From contig JAZKFG010000002.1 in NCBI GenBank assembly GCA_040386515.1, positions 79,074 to 143,073 on the forward strand: a DNA stretch of 64,000 nucleotides. Direction: 5' to 3'. The DNA is from Patescibacteria group bacterium. Its GTDB lineage: Bacteria; Patescibacteriota; Minisyncoccia; Phycocordibacterales; CAIZLB01. Below the pieces are notes generated by a model. The model did not search any database. It worked only from the letters and a program-made list of their open reading frames with translations, and was not told the origin of the DNA. Below, piece by piece: positions 37,257 through 47,023 of this stretch; within the stretch, counting starts at the first letter, position 1, and every line of letters begins with the position of its first letter. The translations under genes and the position numbers were made by a program.

Positions 37257-39770
37257 ATGAAGAAGAGATCTCTACTTATCATTTTAATTTCGGCCCTTAC
37301 TGTATTTTTTTCAAGTGCAAGCATTTTCGCTGCAGCTCCAAGTAAAGCTTTAGGATTTCAAGGTCAGTTGTTTAGCAATGGCACACCGCTCAGCAGTAGT
37401 GTAAACGCAACATTTACATTTTACAACTCTTTAAGTGGTGGCTCTACAACTGGCTCTCCAATCTCAAAAACAATTACAGTTGCTAACGGATATTTCGGTA
37501 CTCAATTCACAGAAGCAGACACTACAGGAGTAAACTTTGATCAGGATTTATATATTCAGGTAAACATCAACGGAACTGATTTGTCTCCACGAACAGCAAT
37601 CAACGCTGCACCAACTGCATTAAAAGCCTTTGGAACATTTTCATATGCAAGTGCACCAACTGTAGGTCCTGTGGGAAGTCTTTACTTCAATACTGTTGAC
37701 GGCAAATTATATACATCAAATGGAACAGCATGGTCATCAGCATCATCTGTATGGTCTACAAATGGAACATTTGCATATTACAATGCTGGAAGTGTTGGAA
37801 TTGGAACAACTACTGCTGCAAGTTCAACAACTGCACTAACCATTGATTTAGGTTTAAACCAGACACAAGGAATTCATATTACAGGTACAAAAGATAAATT
37901 TATTTTCCTTGAAAGACTCGGTTCAGGGGGAAGGGGTTTAGTAATTGGGCAACAAAATGGAGGACAGATGTATGGAGGAAATGCATCAGTTATTCGTTCT
38001 GCAGGAACTTTAGATGAAGTGATTGAAATTTCTCCTGGAAGAGATCTGTCTTTGAACAAAGGTTCTGTTCAGATTGCTCCTTTTGGAGGACTTGTATCGA
38101 TCGGTAATGCTTCACCTGCGTATAAACTCGATATTGCAAGTTCTTCTTCTGCAAATGCTGTAGACATGCTTAGATTCCAAAACACTGCAAATGCAGCTGC
38201 AAATACTGGAGCAAGCATATTATTTACAGCAAATAGAAGTGGGGAAACTGCAACAGATGTAGCACGATTGTCTGGAGCAATTACAGATATTACTGCAGGT
38301 GCATATAAAGGTGCTTTAATTTTCTCTACTGCAAATAATGCGGCTCCAGCTGAAAGAATGCGACTTGATAGTAACGGATTCTTAGGTATTGGTACAACTG
38401 CACCAACTGCACGTTTTGATATTAACGATGGAGGAATTGGTATGATCATTGGTGCCGATAACAATGGAAACCAAACTCGAACAAACAATACAACAAAGGT
38501 TGGACGAATTGCTTCTCCTCACTATACAAACAATGAAGAACCAATGGCTATGATTTTCAGTAGTTCTGGAACGTCAACAAGTATAGTGTCATTCGGAGGT
38601 GGTTCTGCAGTTATGAATGCTGCAACAGAAATTAGATTCTTTACTGCGGCAGATACTATAACTACTGGTGGAACTTCACGAATGGTAATTGATACAAATG
38701 GAAATGTTGGTATTGGTACTACAACTCCGACAACAGGATCAAGACTTGATATCTGGGGGAATATGCAGGTAGGAACATCGTCGCTCCCAGCATTCTTTGT
38801 TGATTCGTCAACATCACGAATAGGTGTAGGAACAACTACACCAGGACGAACTCTTACTGTCGCAGGACTGGGAATGCAGATATATAGATCAGGAGGCGGT
38901 GTACCACATATTGAAATAATTCAAGGAGGAGCAGCAGCAGATTTAAGAAACTGGAGACTTAACGGAGAGATAGACGGATCATTTAACATATATCCAATGA
39001 CTGATGCTAACTCAAACTTAAGACCGCTTCGATATACGCATGATGGGCGACTGCAAATAACAAACTCAACTATGTCTAACGTCGATGCACGACTCTATGT
39101 AGATAGTAATAGTGTTGCATCTACCTCAGCTGTATTTATGAATGGATTTGTTGGTATTGGAACAACAACTCCAACTGCAAACTTAACTGCGTCAGGAACA
39201 ATTAGATTTTCTTCACTTGTAGGTGGTGGGGCAAACCTAGTGGTAGATTCACTTGGAAATGTAACAGTTTCTTCTGATGAGCGATTGAAGGATATAAAAG
39301 GAATGTTTACAACAGGTCTTGATAAAATCCTTGCACTTAATCCGATTTCATATAAATGGAAACCAGAAACTGGATATGATACTACTAACACATACGCAGG
39401 ATTTAGTGCACAAAATGTTCAATCTGCCATTCCAGAAGCAGTGGGAACTGACAACCGAGGATTCCTAACGCTTGCCGACAGACCAATACTAGCTGCACTT
39501 GTGAATGCTGTAAAAGAGCTTGCTGTAAAAATTGGAAATATGTCAAACAAAGTGCAGACAAAAGAACTTTGTCTTGATGATGTATGTATCACAAAAGATC
39601 AGTTGAGAACAATTTTGCAGCAGCAAAATAATATAAACATTAATACGATTAATGTTGTAACTCCACCGCCAACAACTTCTACAACAACTGTTGAAATTAC
39701 TCCTGCGCCAGCTCCAACACCAGAGCTTGTTGCGCCGGTTGAGCCAGCAACTCCTCCTGCAACTGAATAG
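37257..39770 (+). CDS. Secreted fibre-like protein: Gly/Thr/Ala-rich with repeated (V/L)GIGTT(T/A)P motifs and a C-terminal peptidase-S74-type intramolecular chaperone (autoproteolytic) domain, followed by a Pro/Thr tail
   Basis: Signal peptide MKKRSLLIILISALTVFFSSASIFAAAP. There are four or more MRLDSNGFLGIGTTAPTARFDI-type repeats. The C-terminal block is SSDERLKDIKG..LNPISYKWKPE..AGFSAQNVQSAIPEAV. Confidence 0.6.
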   Translation: MKKRSLLIILISALTVFFSSASIFAAAPSKALGFQGQLFSNGTPLSSSVNATFTFYNSLSGGSTTGSPISKTITVANGYFGTQFTEADTTGVNFDQDLYIQVNINGTDLSPRTAINAAPTALKAFGTFSYASAPTVGPVGSLYFNTVDGKLYTSNGTAWSSASSVWSTNGTFAYYNAGSVGIGTTTAASSTTALTIDLGLNQTQGIHITGTKDKFIFLERLGSGGRGLVIGQQNGGQMYGGNASVIRSAGTLDEVIEISPGRDLSLNKGSVQIAPFGGLVSIGNASPAYKLDIASSSSANAVDMLRFQNTANAAANTGASILFTANRSGETATDVARLSGAITDITAGAYKGALIFSTANNAAPAERMRLDSNGFLGIGTTAPTARFDINDGGIGMIIGADNNGNQTRTNNTTKVGRIASPHYTNNEEPMAMIFSSSGTSTSIVSFGGGSAVMNAATEIRFFTAADTITTGGTSRMVIDTNGNVGIGTTTPTTGSRLDIWGNMQVGTSSLPAFFVDSSTSRIGVGTTTPGRTLTVAGLGMQIYRSGGGVPHIEIIQGGAAADLRNWRLNGEIDGSFNIYPMTDANSNLRPLRYTHDGRLQITNSTMSNVDARLYVDSNSVASTSAVFMNGFVGIGTTTPTANLTASGTIRFSSLVGGGANLVVDSLGNVTVSSDERLKDIKGMFTTGLDKILALNPISYKWKPETGYDTTNTYAGFSAQNVQSAIPEAVGTDNRGFLTLADRPILAALVNAVKELAVKIGNMSNKVQTKELCLDDVCITKDQLRTILQQQNNININTINVVTPPPTTSTTTVEITPAPAPTPELVAPVEPATPPATE

Positions 39771-39797
39771 ATTCTTATTACGTGGTAATATTATTAT

Positions 39798-40646
39798 ATG
39801 AGTTTCCATTCATTTCCGCGTCTCAATAATAAAAAAGGATTTACACTTATTGAACTCCTTGTAGTTATTTCTATTATTTCACTACTTTCATCAATTGTAT
39901 TCACTTCATTATCGAGTGCACGAGTTAGAGCTGCAAAAGTTGCAGGAATGGAATTTGCCTCACGAATGGATAGAACTATTGGATTGAACACTGCAGTGGA
40001 TATTGATTTTGATGAGGGAACTGGAACAAAAGTTGTAAATAAATCAGATGGAAACCAAGCAACCGCAGTAGGCGGTCCTACATGGTCAACTGATACGCCA
40101 ACAGGAATTGGCTATTCAATGGCATTTTCAGGTACTCAAAACATAAATGTATATGCAACAGGTGATGGAATGAATGCAACTAATGATGGAAGGGCTTTTA
40201 CATATGCCGCATGGTATGAACCAAGAGTAGTGAATCCGGCAACAGGGATTTATATATTAAACAGATCAGGATATCACTCAGGAATAACGCACTCAGCATC
40301 TGGAAGACTTGGCTGTACACAGTGGTTTACCGATATAACAAACATCAATATACAATATACAACGAACGTCGATGCGGGAAGATGGTATCATGTTGCGTGC
40401 ACAGTCGACAGTCTTAAAAAAACTATTACATTATATGTTAACGGTAATGCTGTTAATAAAGCAACATACACGACAGGTAAGATTTTATATGATTATTCAG
40501 CAGTTCCATATACAATAGGAGCATTTAGTTCTACGTATGCAGCAGATGGAAATATTGACCAAGTACGAGTATTTACACAATCTCTCGTTGCTCAACAAGT
40601 TAAGGATTTATACGATGCTACAAAGGCACAATTTGCCCTAAAGTAG
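39798..40646 (+). CDS. Type IV pilin-like protein with a C-terminal LamG/lectin-like domain (paralog of 25839..26615)
   Basis: KG|FTLIELLVVISIISLL prepilin motif; RWYHVACTVD..LYVNGN and GNIDQVRVF LamG blocks. Confidence 0.65.
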   Translation: MSFHSFPRLNNKKGFTLIELLVVISIISLLSSIVFTSLSSARVRAAKVAGMEFASRMDRTIGLNTAVDIDFDEGTGTKVVNKSDGNQATAVGGPTWSTDTPTGIGYSMAFSGTQNINVYATGDGMNATNDGRAFTYAAWYEPRVVNPATGIYILNRSGYHSGITHSASGRLGCTQWFTDITNINIQYTTNVDAGRWYHVACTVDSLKKTITLYVNGNAVNKATYTTGKILYDYSAVPYTIGAFSSTYAADGNIDQVRVFTQSLVAQQVKDLYDATKAQFALK

Positions 40647-40683
40647 AATAGAAAAAACCAATATTCATGCTATAATCCGTAGT

Positions 40684-41238
40684 ATGACTTACAATTTCAA
40701 CACATTCCAGACATCAGTAAAGGCAATTGAAGCATGGCTTCACAATGAATTTTCAAATATACGCACAGGGCGAGCAAGTATTTCATTTCTTGACCAAGTG
40801 CGCGTTGAAGCATATGGAGAAATGTCTCCACTTGCAAACGTAGCCTCAGTTGGTATCGAGGATGCAAAAACAATTAAAATCTCACCATGGGATGCGTCGC
40901 TTATTCGAGCGATTGAAAAGGGTATAGCAGCAGCTGATCTTGGTATTTCAACAGCTGTTGATTCAAATGGTATTCGAGTAATATTTCCTGATCTAACAGG
41001 AGAGAGACGACAACAGCTTGCAAAGCAGGCTAAGGCAAAGCTTGAAGAAGCTAAAGTACAGCTTCGATTAGTGCGAAGTGATGTAAATGATGACATGAGC
41101 AATAAAAAGAAAGATGGGGAAATGACAGAGGATGAAGTTTCTCGAGGAAAAAAGGATTTAGATGCGCATATGGCTACAGCATCAGCAGGATTAGATACAA
41201 TATTTAGCAAAAAAGAACAAGAAATCTTAACCCAATAA
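40684..41238 (+). CDS. frr: Ribosome recycling factor
   Basis: 184 aa; RTGRASISFLDQVRVEAYG and IPDLTGERRQQL blocks. Confidence 0.85.
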   Translation: MTYNFNTFQTSVKAIEAWLHNEFSNIRTGRASISFLDQVRVEAYGEMSPLANVASVGIEDAKTIKISPWDASLIRAIEKGIAAADLGISTAVDSNGIRVIFPDLTGERRQQLAKQAKAKLEEAKVQLRLVRSDVNDDMSNKKKDGEMTEDEVSRGKKDLDAHMATASAGLDTIFSKKEQEILTQ

Positions 41239-41239
41239 T

Positions 41240-42292
41240 ATGATCACTACAATTTTATTTTTACTCGTTCTTTCAATACTTGTATTCGTACACGAGTTAG
41301 GTCATTTTCTTTTTGCAAAATTGTTTAAGATTCGTGTTGATGAGTTTGCAATTGGATTTCCTCCTCGAATATTTGGTAAAAAATATGGTGAGACGACATA
41401 CGCAGTAAACCTATTGCCACTTGGTGGATATGTAAAAATTCACGGAGAAAATCCTGAAGATGTAACTGATACAAAAGATAAAAGAAATTTTCAAAATGTA
41501 TCGTGGTGGAAGCAGGTAATTGTGCTTGTAGCTGGCGTTACATTTAACATTATATTCGCATGGTTGCTACTTTCATTGTCGCTCATGATTGGAACTACAA
41601 AGGCTTCAACAGAAGGTATTCCTGCGGAATATATTAAAGGAACACAGTCAGTTGTTATTCAGGCAGTATTCGTTGACACACCAGCTGCTGTTGCAGGATT
41701 GCTTCCAGGAGAAATTATTCGTTCAGTACAAAATACGCCTGTTACTTCTGCACAAGATGTTCAAAATATTATACATGCTGCTACCGGAACTGTGGTTGTT
41801 GAAACTGAAAAAGCTGGTGAGAAGGTTACTCATACAATTACTCCACAAAATGCAGCTATCGGTGTGTCTCTTGCTGAAGTCGCTTCTATTCGAATGCCAC
41901 TATTGCCAGCGCTTTCATATGGAGCACAAGGAACATACAATCTTACACAACAGCTAGGTACTGGAGTGTTTCAATTCTTTGGAAAACTATTTGTGGGAAA
42001 TGCTTCATGGAATGAAGTGTCAGGTCCAGTAGGTATTGCAAAAGTTGTAGGTGGAGCAGGAAGAGAGGGTGTTACGTCACTTCTCTTTGTTGCTGCGCTC
42101 ATCTCTATATCACTTGCTATTATGAATATTCTACCGTTTCCAGCGCTTGATGGAGGGCGAGTTGTGGTTGCATTAATTGAGGGTGTTATTCGAAAACGAC
42201 TGAATGCAAAAATTGTAAATGCAGTGAACACGGTTGGATTTGTCCTTCTTATTACTCTTATGATAATCGTAACATTTAAAGATATATTTTAA
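41240..42292 (+). CDS. rseP: RIP zinc metalloprotease RseP (site-2 protease, M50) with a PDZ domain
   Basis: HELGHFLFAKLF in TM1, internal PDZ, and the C-terminal LDGG motif (NILPFPALDGGRVV). Confidence 0.8.
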   Translation: MITTILFLLVLSILVFVHELGHFLFAKLFKIRVDEFAIGFPPRIFGKKYGETTYAVNLLPLGGYVKIHGENPEDVTDTKDKRNFQNVSWWKQVIVLVAGVTFNIIFAWLLLSLSLMIGTTKASTEGIPAEYIKGTQSVVIQAVFVDTPAAVAGLLPGEIIRSVQNTPVTSAQDVQNIIHAATGTVVVETEKAGEKVTHTITPQNAAIGVSLAEVASIRMPLLPALSYGAQGTYNLTQQLGTGVFQFFGKLFVGNASWNEVSGPVGIAKVVGGAGREGVTSLLFVAALISISLAIMNILPFPALDGGRVVVALIEGVIRKRLNAKIVNAVNTVGFVLLITLMIIVTFKDIF

Positions 42293-42308
42293 TTCTATGT
42301 AGCTGCTT

Positions 42309-43703
42309 ATGAATGAATACTCAAAAGATTTAAAATCAAAACTAGAACAAGTCGAAGACTATGTGGTGCATCAGGATACTCCTCGAATGACCAATGTTTT
42401 TTCTGATGATTCTGGATTTCGATCTTCAAAGTCTGTATTCACATTCAAAAACTTTTTGTGGATTATAGGTATCGCTGTGATTGGAGTATCTGTTGTTGCA
42501 TTTTTTACACAGGCAGTGCTCTTGGTAATTGATAATGCAAAGTCAAAATACGGCAGCAATCAGCAAAATCCAAATCTTATCGCAGGAAATACGCAAAATG
42601 CTAGTGGCACATCTCAGAGTATGTACATTAGAACTGACTTGGATCATCCTGTTTTTGAACCAGCAGTTGTTGCACCAGCAACGACTACGGCGACAACTAC
42701 AACAGGTACATCAACACCACTTCTGACAGATGTATCAGTACGACAGATTCCGAAGTCTATTGAGCTTGGAATTCCAGGCGTAACACGTATTGGATATGAT
42801 GATACGGTAGGAGACAAGGTTCTTACAGATAATATTAATAAATACAGCAACAATACTCTAGTGCTTGGTGCTGCACGTGATGTTCAGGCAGGTGGGCAAA
42901 ATCAAACAATTGGAGGGGGTGATGATGCTGGTCCTGCTACAGACAGATATGAAGAACTGCCAAAAGCAGTACAACCTGTTTTAAGTTCAAAAGCATATCT
43001 TATTGCCGATCTTCATTCAGGGGAAATTATTTTAGAAAAAAATGGTGACACAATTTATCCTCTCGCTTCAGTAAGTAAGTTGATGACAGCCCTTGTTGCA
43101 AGAGAAAAAATGAATATGCAGGACATTGCTATTGTGTCACGTGATGCATCGGGTGCGTATGGTGCGCAAGGATCACTGGCTCTTGGTGAAAAGATTCGAC
43201 TTCGAGATTTATTGTTCCCACTACTTATGGAATCAAGTAATGACGCAGCAGAAGTGTTTGCAGATCAATACGGTCATGCACGATTTATGGAAGAGATGAA
43301 TAAAAAAGCTGTATCACTTGGTATGTATGATACGTATTATGGTGATCCGAGTGGTCTAGATCCTCAAAACACATCAAATCCAAAAGATATGCTCACGCTT
43401 GCTCGATACATTGTTGAAAATGATCCCGAAATATTTGATATTACACGAGTAAAACAATTTTCTATAAAAGGGCATACATGGAATAATGCAAACAGACTTT
43501 TGCCTGTTGTGGGATTTGCTGGAGGAAAAAATGGATTTATTGATCAAGCGCTACAGACAACTGTTTCGCTATTTGACATACCGCTTGCAAAAGGAGGAGT
43601 AAGAACTGTAGTAATAGTCGTTCTTAAGAGTAATGCTAAAGATGCTGATGTGGCAAAACTAATAAACTATCTTAAAAAGTTTGTTGAGTATCGGGTTGAG
43701 TAG
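42309..43703 (+). CDS. D-alanyl-D-alanine carboxypeptidase (S11, PBP5/DacA-like) with an N-terminal TM and a disordered linker
   Basis: SxxK ASVSKLMT, SxN ESSNDAA and KTG-like GGKNGF motifs. Confidence 0.7.
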   Translation: MNEYSKDLKSKLEQVEDYVVHQDTPRMTNVFSDDSGFRSSKSVFTFKNFLWIIGIAVIGVSVVAFFTQAVLLVIDNAKSKYGSNQQNPNLIAGNTQNASGTSQSMYIRTDLDHPVFEPAVVAPATTTATTTTGTSTPLLTDVSVRQIPKSIELGIPGVTRIGYDDTVGDKVLTDNINKYSNNTLVLGAARDVQAGGQNQTIGGGDDAGPATDRYEELPKAVQPVLSSKAYLIADLHSGEIILEKNGDTIYPLASVSKLMTALVAREKMNMQDIAIVSRDASGAYGAQGSLALGEKIRLRDLLFPLLMESSNDAAEVFADQYGHARFMEEMNKKAVSLGMYDTYYGDPSGLDPQNTSNPKDMLTLARYIVENDPEIFDITRVKQFSIKGHTWNNANRLLPVVGFAGGKNGFIDQALQTTVSLFDIPLAKGGVRTVVIVVLKSNAKDADVAKLINYLKKFVEYRVE

Positions 43704-44301
43704 CTGGAACTAGAATTGGCGCAGCTACTGGTAATATTACTTTTCCTGCAATAAGTTTAGCTATACTTACTTTACATCCCCCAAGGCAATAGCCAATTCG
43801 CATAGTAGCTGCATTTTCAAGATCTGCTAAAAGATCTTCATTTATTGTAAGTTTGTATTTTTTTACTACATTTTGCTGTTCGTTGAAAACAGTTTTTAGA
43901 AATACTCTCTTTGATGGAAACCCACTCGCAGTGTAGGCTAGAACAAATAAATCGATAGGAGTTGCAGGATCAAGTTTTGATTTAAGGGAAATTGTCACAT
44001 CATCACCAAGTACAACAGTTTTATCTATTGCTTGTGCAGTCTGAGTTGTCACAGGCAAAGCATTTTTCTGATAAATAATATCTTCTATAACAGTAGTTGT
44101 AGCAGTTGATGGAAATGTTCCAAGTGTCTGTGATTGGGCTGCTTCATTAGCTGCTTGTTGTTGCAGAAGATATTGATAAAAATCATCAGTTGCCCCAATA
44201 GACGTAGTCTGTGCATGGGCAAAGTGAGGTATAACTGCAGATACTCCAAAAAGAGCAGTATATATAAGGATAGATTTGATTCGTTTCTCTAAAATATTCA
44301 T
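43672..44301 (-). CDS. Secreted hypothetical protein
   Basis: Signal peptide (ILIYTALFGVSAVIPHFAHAQ) after the internal Met MNILEKR; no domain recognised. Confidence 0.4.
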   Translation of the reverse strand: MNILEKRIKSILIYTALFGVSAVIPHFAHAQTTSIGATDDFYQYLLQQQAANEAAQSQTLGTFPSTATTTVIEDIIYQKNALPVTTQTAQAIDKTVVLGDDVTISLKSKLDPATPIDLFVLAYTASGFPSKRVFLKTVFNEQQNVVKKYKLTINEDLLADLENAATMRIGYCLGGCKVSIAKLIAGKVILPVAAPILVPATQPDTQQTF

Positions 44302-44387
44302 AGTATAAGTATACGGCATGATCATTAAATTCGCTACAAATAAACTTCATTCATAAGAGGTCTAAGTCATGGTACAATGTACCTATT

Positions 44388-46166
44388 ATGAATGACGACA
44401 AAAGAGTGACATATTTCGGTTTGACCGATGCCAGAAATCAAGAGAGAAAATTTGGTATTTATGACGAGGATAGACTTCGTCATATGTATGCTATTGGTAA
44501 GACTGGTATGGGTAAATCAACTTTGCTCGAAAACATGGCCATTCAAGATATTCAAAATGGCCAAGGTTTGGCATTTCTCGATCCTCATGGAAAAACAGTT
44601 GAGCTTCTTCTTGAGCATGTTCCAAAGCATCGTATTAAAGATGTTATTTATATTGCACCATTTGATCTTGAGCATCCTATTGCCTTTAACGTGCTTGAAG
44701 ATGTGGGCGATCCAGATCCAGTTCGACGTCAGCTTATCGTTTCAGGCTTGATGAGTACATTTAAAAAGCTGTGGCAAGATCAGTGGAGTGCTCGAATGGA
44801 ATACATATTGAACTATGCACTTCTCGCACTTTTGGAAATTCCTGATGCAACACTTCTTGATGTGAACCGTATGCTTTCTGATAAGCAGTTCAGAAACAAT
44901 GTTGTTCGTCAGCTTAAAGAGCCAACTGTGAAAATGTATTGGGAAAAAGAATTTGCAGCCTATACTGATAAAGTTGTTGCTGAAGCCATGCCTGCTATTC
45001 AAAACAAAGTAGGGCAATTTATTTCAAATAGTTTGATTCGAAATATTATCGGACAAACAAAATCTTCTTTTGATATTCGAGAAATCATGGATCAGCGAAA
45101 GATTTTGCTTATCAATCTTTCAATCGGACGAATCGGTGAAGATGCGGTAAACCTTTTAGGGTCATTGTTTGTGACAAAGATTTATCTTGCTGCCATGTCG
45201 CGTGCTTCTATACCAGATCGGGAAATGAAGCATTTGCCAAACTTCTATTTATACGTGGATGAGTTTCAGAACTTTACCAACGATTCATTTGCCCAAATTC
45301 TTGCCCAGGCCAGAAAGTATAAGCTGAGTTTGATTGTAGCGCACCAGTATGTAAAGCAAATGACAGAAGTTGTGCATGATGCAATTTTCGGTAACGTAGG
45401 AACTATGATTACATTTCGAGTAGGTGCGGATGATGGTGAATCTCTTGAAAAAGAATTTCAGCCAACATTCGTTGTAGAGGATTTCGTAAACCTTGGACGT
45501 TTTCAGATGTATTTAAAGCTTATGATAAATGGAGTAACATCTGGAGCTTTTTCTGCAAAGGGAATGGGTCCATGGCCATCTCCAACTGAATCATATGTTG
45601 ATGAAATTCTTGCCTCATCACGTGAGCAATATACACATCCACGAAAAGAGGTAGAAGATCATATATTACAGTGGACTCTTGGTGGTGCCTCGGGTACAGC
45701 TGCAGGAGGTGCTCCTAAGCCTGTTTCTAGTGATAATGAGAATATGCAAGGTCCAGTTGCAGCGAATACCAATAATGCCCCAAGAGAACCTCGACAGCAA
45801 TCATCACAACCAATGCAGGGACCTCGAGATAATAGAGGTGGTGAGAGAGGTGTAGATAATCGTTCTCAGTCGTCACGACCATCACAACCTCAATCTCCAA
45901 GACAGCCTGAACGAAGTCGAGATGGTAATAGAGACGAGAGAGCACCAGTTCGAGAACGAGAGCAACAGCCTCGTAGAGACATGCAACAGAATTCAGCACA
46001 CAACTCTGCACCAAAAGTTCATAATCCATTTGCAACGGCCTTTAAAGCAGTGCTTGAAAAACCGGTCGAAGAAAAAAAAGATGCATCAACTGAATCGTCT
46101 TCGTCTCAGCAGAAGAGAGACATAGACCCTGACGTTTTGAAAAGCATGCTTGGTCTTCAAGAATAA
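44388..46166 (+). CDS. VirD4/TraG/TraD-like P-loop ATPase (type IV coupling protein family) with a long disordered Q/R/S/P-rich C-terminal tail. No TM segments and no other T4SS genes nearby.
   Basis: Walker A GKTGMGKST, Walker B LYVDEFQNF, the AHQY sensor motif, and an ILLINLSIG block typical of TraG-D_C. Confidence 0.5.
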   Translation: MNDDKRVTYFGLTDARNQERKFGIYDEDRLRHMYAIGKTGMGKSTLLENMAIQDIQNGQGLAFLDPHGKTVELLLEHVPKHRIKDVIYIAPFDLEHPIAFNVLEDVGDPDPVRRQLIVSGLMSTFKKLWQDQWSARMEYILNYALLALLEIPDATLLDVNRMLSDKQFRNNVVRQLKEPTVKMYWEKEFAAYTDKVVAEAMPAIQNKVGQFISNSLIRNIIGQTKSSFDIREIMDQRKILLINLSIGRIGEDAVNLLGSLFVTKIYLAAMSRASIPDREMKHLPNFYLYVDEFQNFTNDSFAQILAQARKYKLSLIVAHQYVKQMTEVVHDAIFGNVGTMITFRVGADDGESLEKEFQPTFVVEDFVNLGRFQMYLKLMINGVTSGAFSAKGMGPWPSPTESYVDEILASSREQYTHPRKEVEDHILQWTLGGASGTAAGGAPKPVSSDNENMQGPVAANTNNAPREPRQQSSQPMQGPRDNRGGERGVDNRSQSSRPSQPQSPRQPERSRDGNRDERAPVREREQQPRRDMQQNSAHNSAPKVHNPFATAFKAVLEKPVEEKKDASTESSSSQQKRDIDPDVLKSMLGLQE

Positions 46167-46169
46167 CTT

Positions 46170-46943
46170 ATGAAGTACTCAATCATTATTCCAACCTACA
46201 AGCGACCAGATAAGCTTATACGCGCGGTTCAATCTGTTTTTGCCCAAAAGATTAAGTCTTTTGAAATCATTATCGCAAATGATAGTCCTGGATATTCGTA
46301 TGCAGCATTTGAAACATATTGCATAGGATTGACGGATGATCAAAAAGATCAAATCGTCTACATTCAAAACCTGCAAAATAGTGGATCAAATTTCTCAAAG
46401 AATGCTGCCTTAGGACAAGTGTCAAAGTCTACTGATTATGTGATGTTTTTGGACGATGATGATTGGCTTTCATCGAACGCGCTTGTTGATATAGACGGTT
46501 ACTTGAAACGAAACATGGTTGCATGGCTTGTAACCAATCGGGTTTTGAAAGATGGAAAAAGCCTGACGTTTTCCCCTAAAGAAAAAATACATTATTTTTG
46601 GGATTATTTAATAACCAAAAGGGTAAAAGGGGATGCAACGCATATTATTAAGAGGGCATATGCAACACGATATTCATTTTCTAAAAATGCCAAGAATACA
46701 GAGGAGTGGTTTTACTTTATTCAATTGCCTGTGGATGCCATTTATAAGCCGTATAACACGACGGAAAGCGAAGGATACGATCAAGACGGGATAACGACAA
46801 ACTTACAAATGATATATGCCGATAATACAAAACTGCTAATGAGAGAAGCTCGAGGATTTAAAATGCACATATATCTTATCATACGATATGTATACGGTAT
46901 GCTAAAAAAACAAAAATCAACTGGCAATAATGCTCAGGGTTAA
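46170..46943 (+). CDS. Family 2 glycosyltransferase
   Basis: IIIPTYKRPDKL N-terminus and the DDDD (DxD) motif. Confidence 0.7.
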   Translation: MKYSIIIPTYKRPDKLIRAVQSVFAQKIKSFEIIIANDSPGYSYAAFETYCIGLTDDQKDQIVYIQNLQNSGSNFSKNAALGQVSKSTDYVMFLDDDDWLSSNALVDIDGYLKRNMVAWLVTNRVLKDGKSLTFSPKEKIHYFWDYLITKRVKGDATHIIKRAYATRYSFSKNAKNTEEWFYFIQLPVDAIYKPYNTTESEGYDQDGITTNLQMIYADNTKLLMREARGFKMHIYLIIRYVYGMLKKQKSTGNNAQG

Positions 46944-47023
46944 TTCGTTTAAGGATTTTGAAGTGTCGCGGGACATCAATGTATACAAAGGAACGCAAAT
47001 TAATGTATACTGTTTTAAACACT

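Noticed and set aside
40740-41210. 156-aa antisense ORF within frr
   Set aside because: frr is unambiguous; the antisense frame has no motif and is fully contained.
46958-47023. N-terminal 22-aa extension of GT25 paralog 1 given in the ORF track (MKCRGTSMYTKERKLMYTVLNT)
   Set aside because: Paralog 2 and GT25 family members start at MKIFVINL; the extension is probably upstream non-coding sequence in frame.
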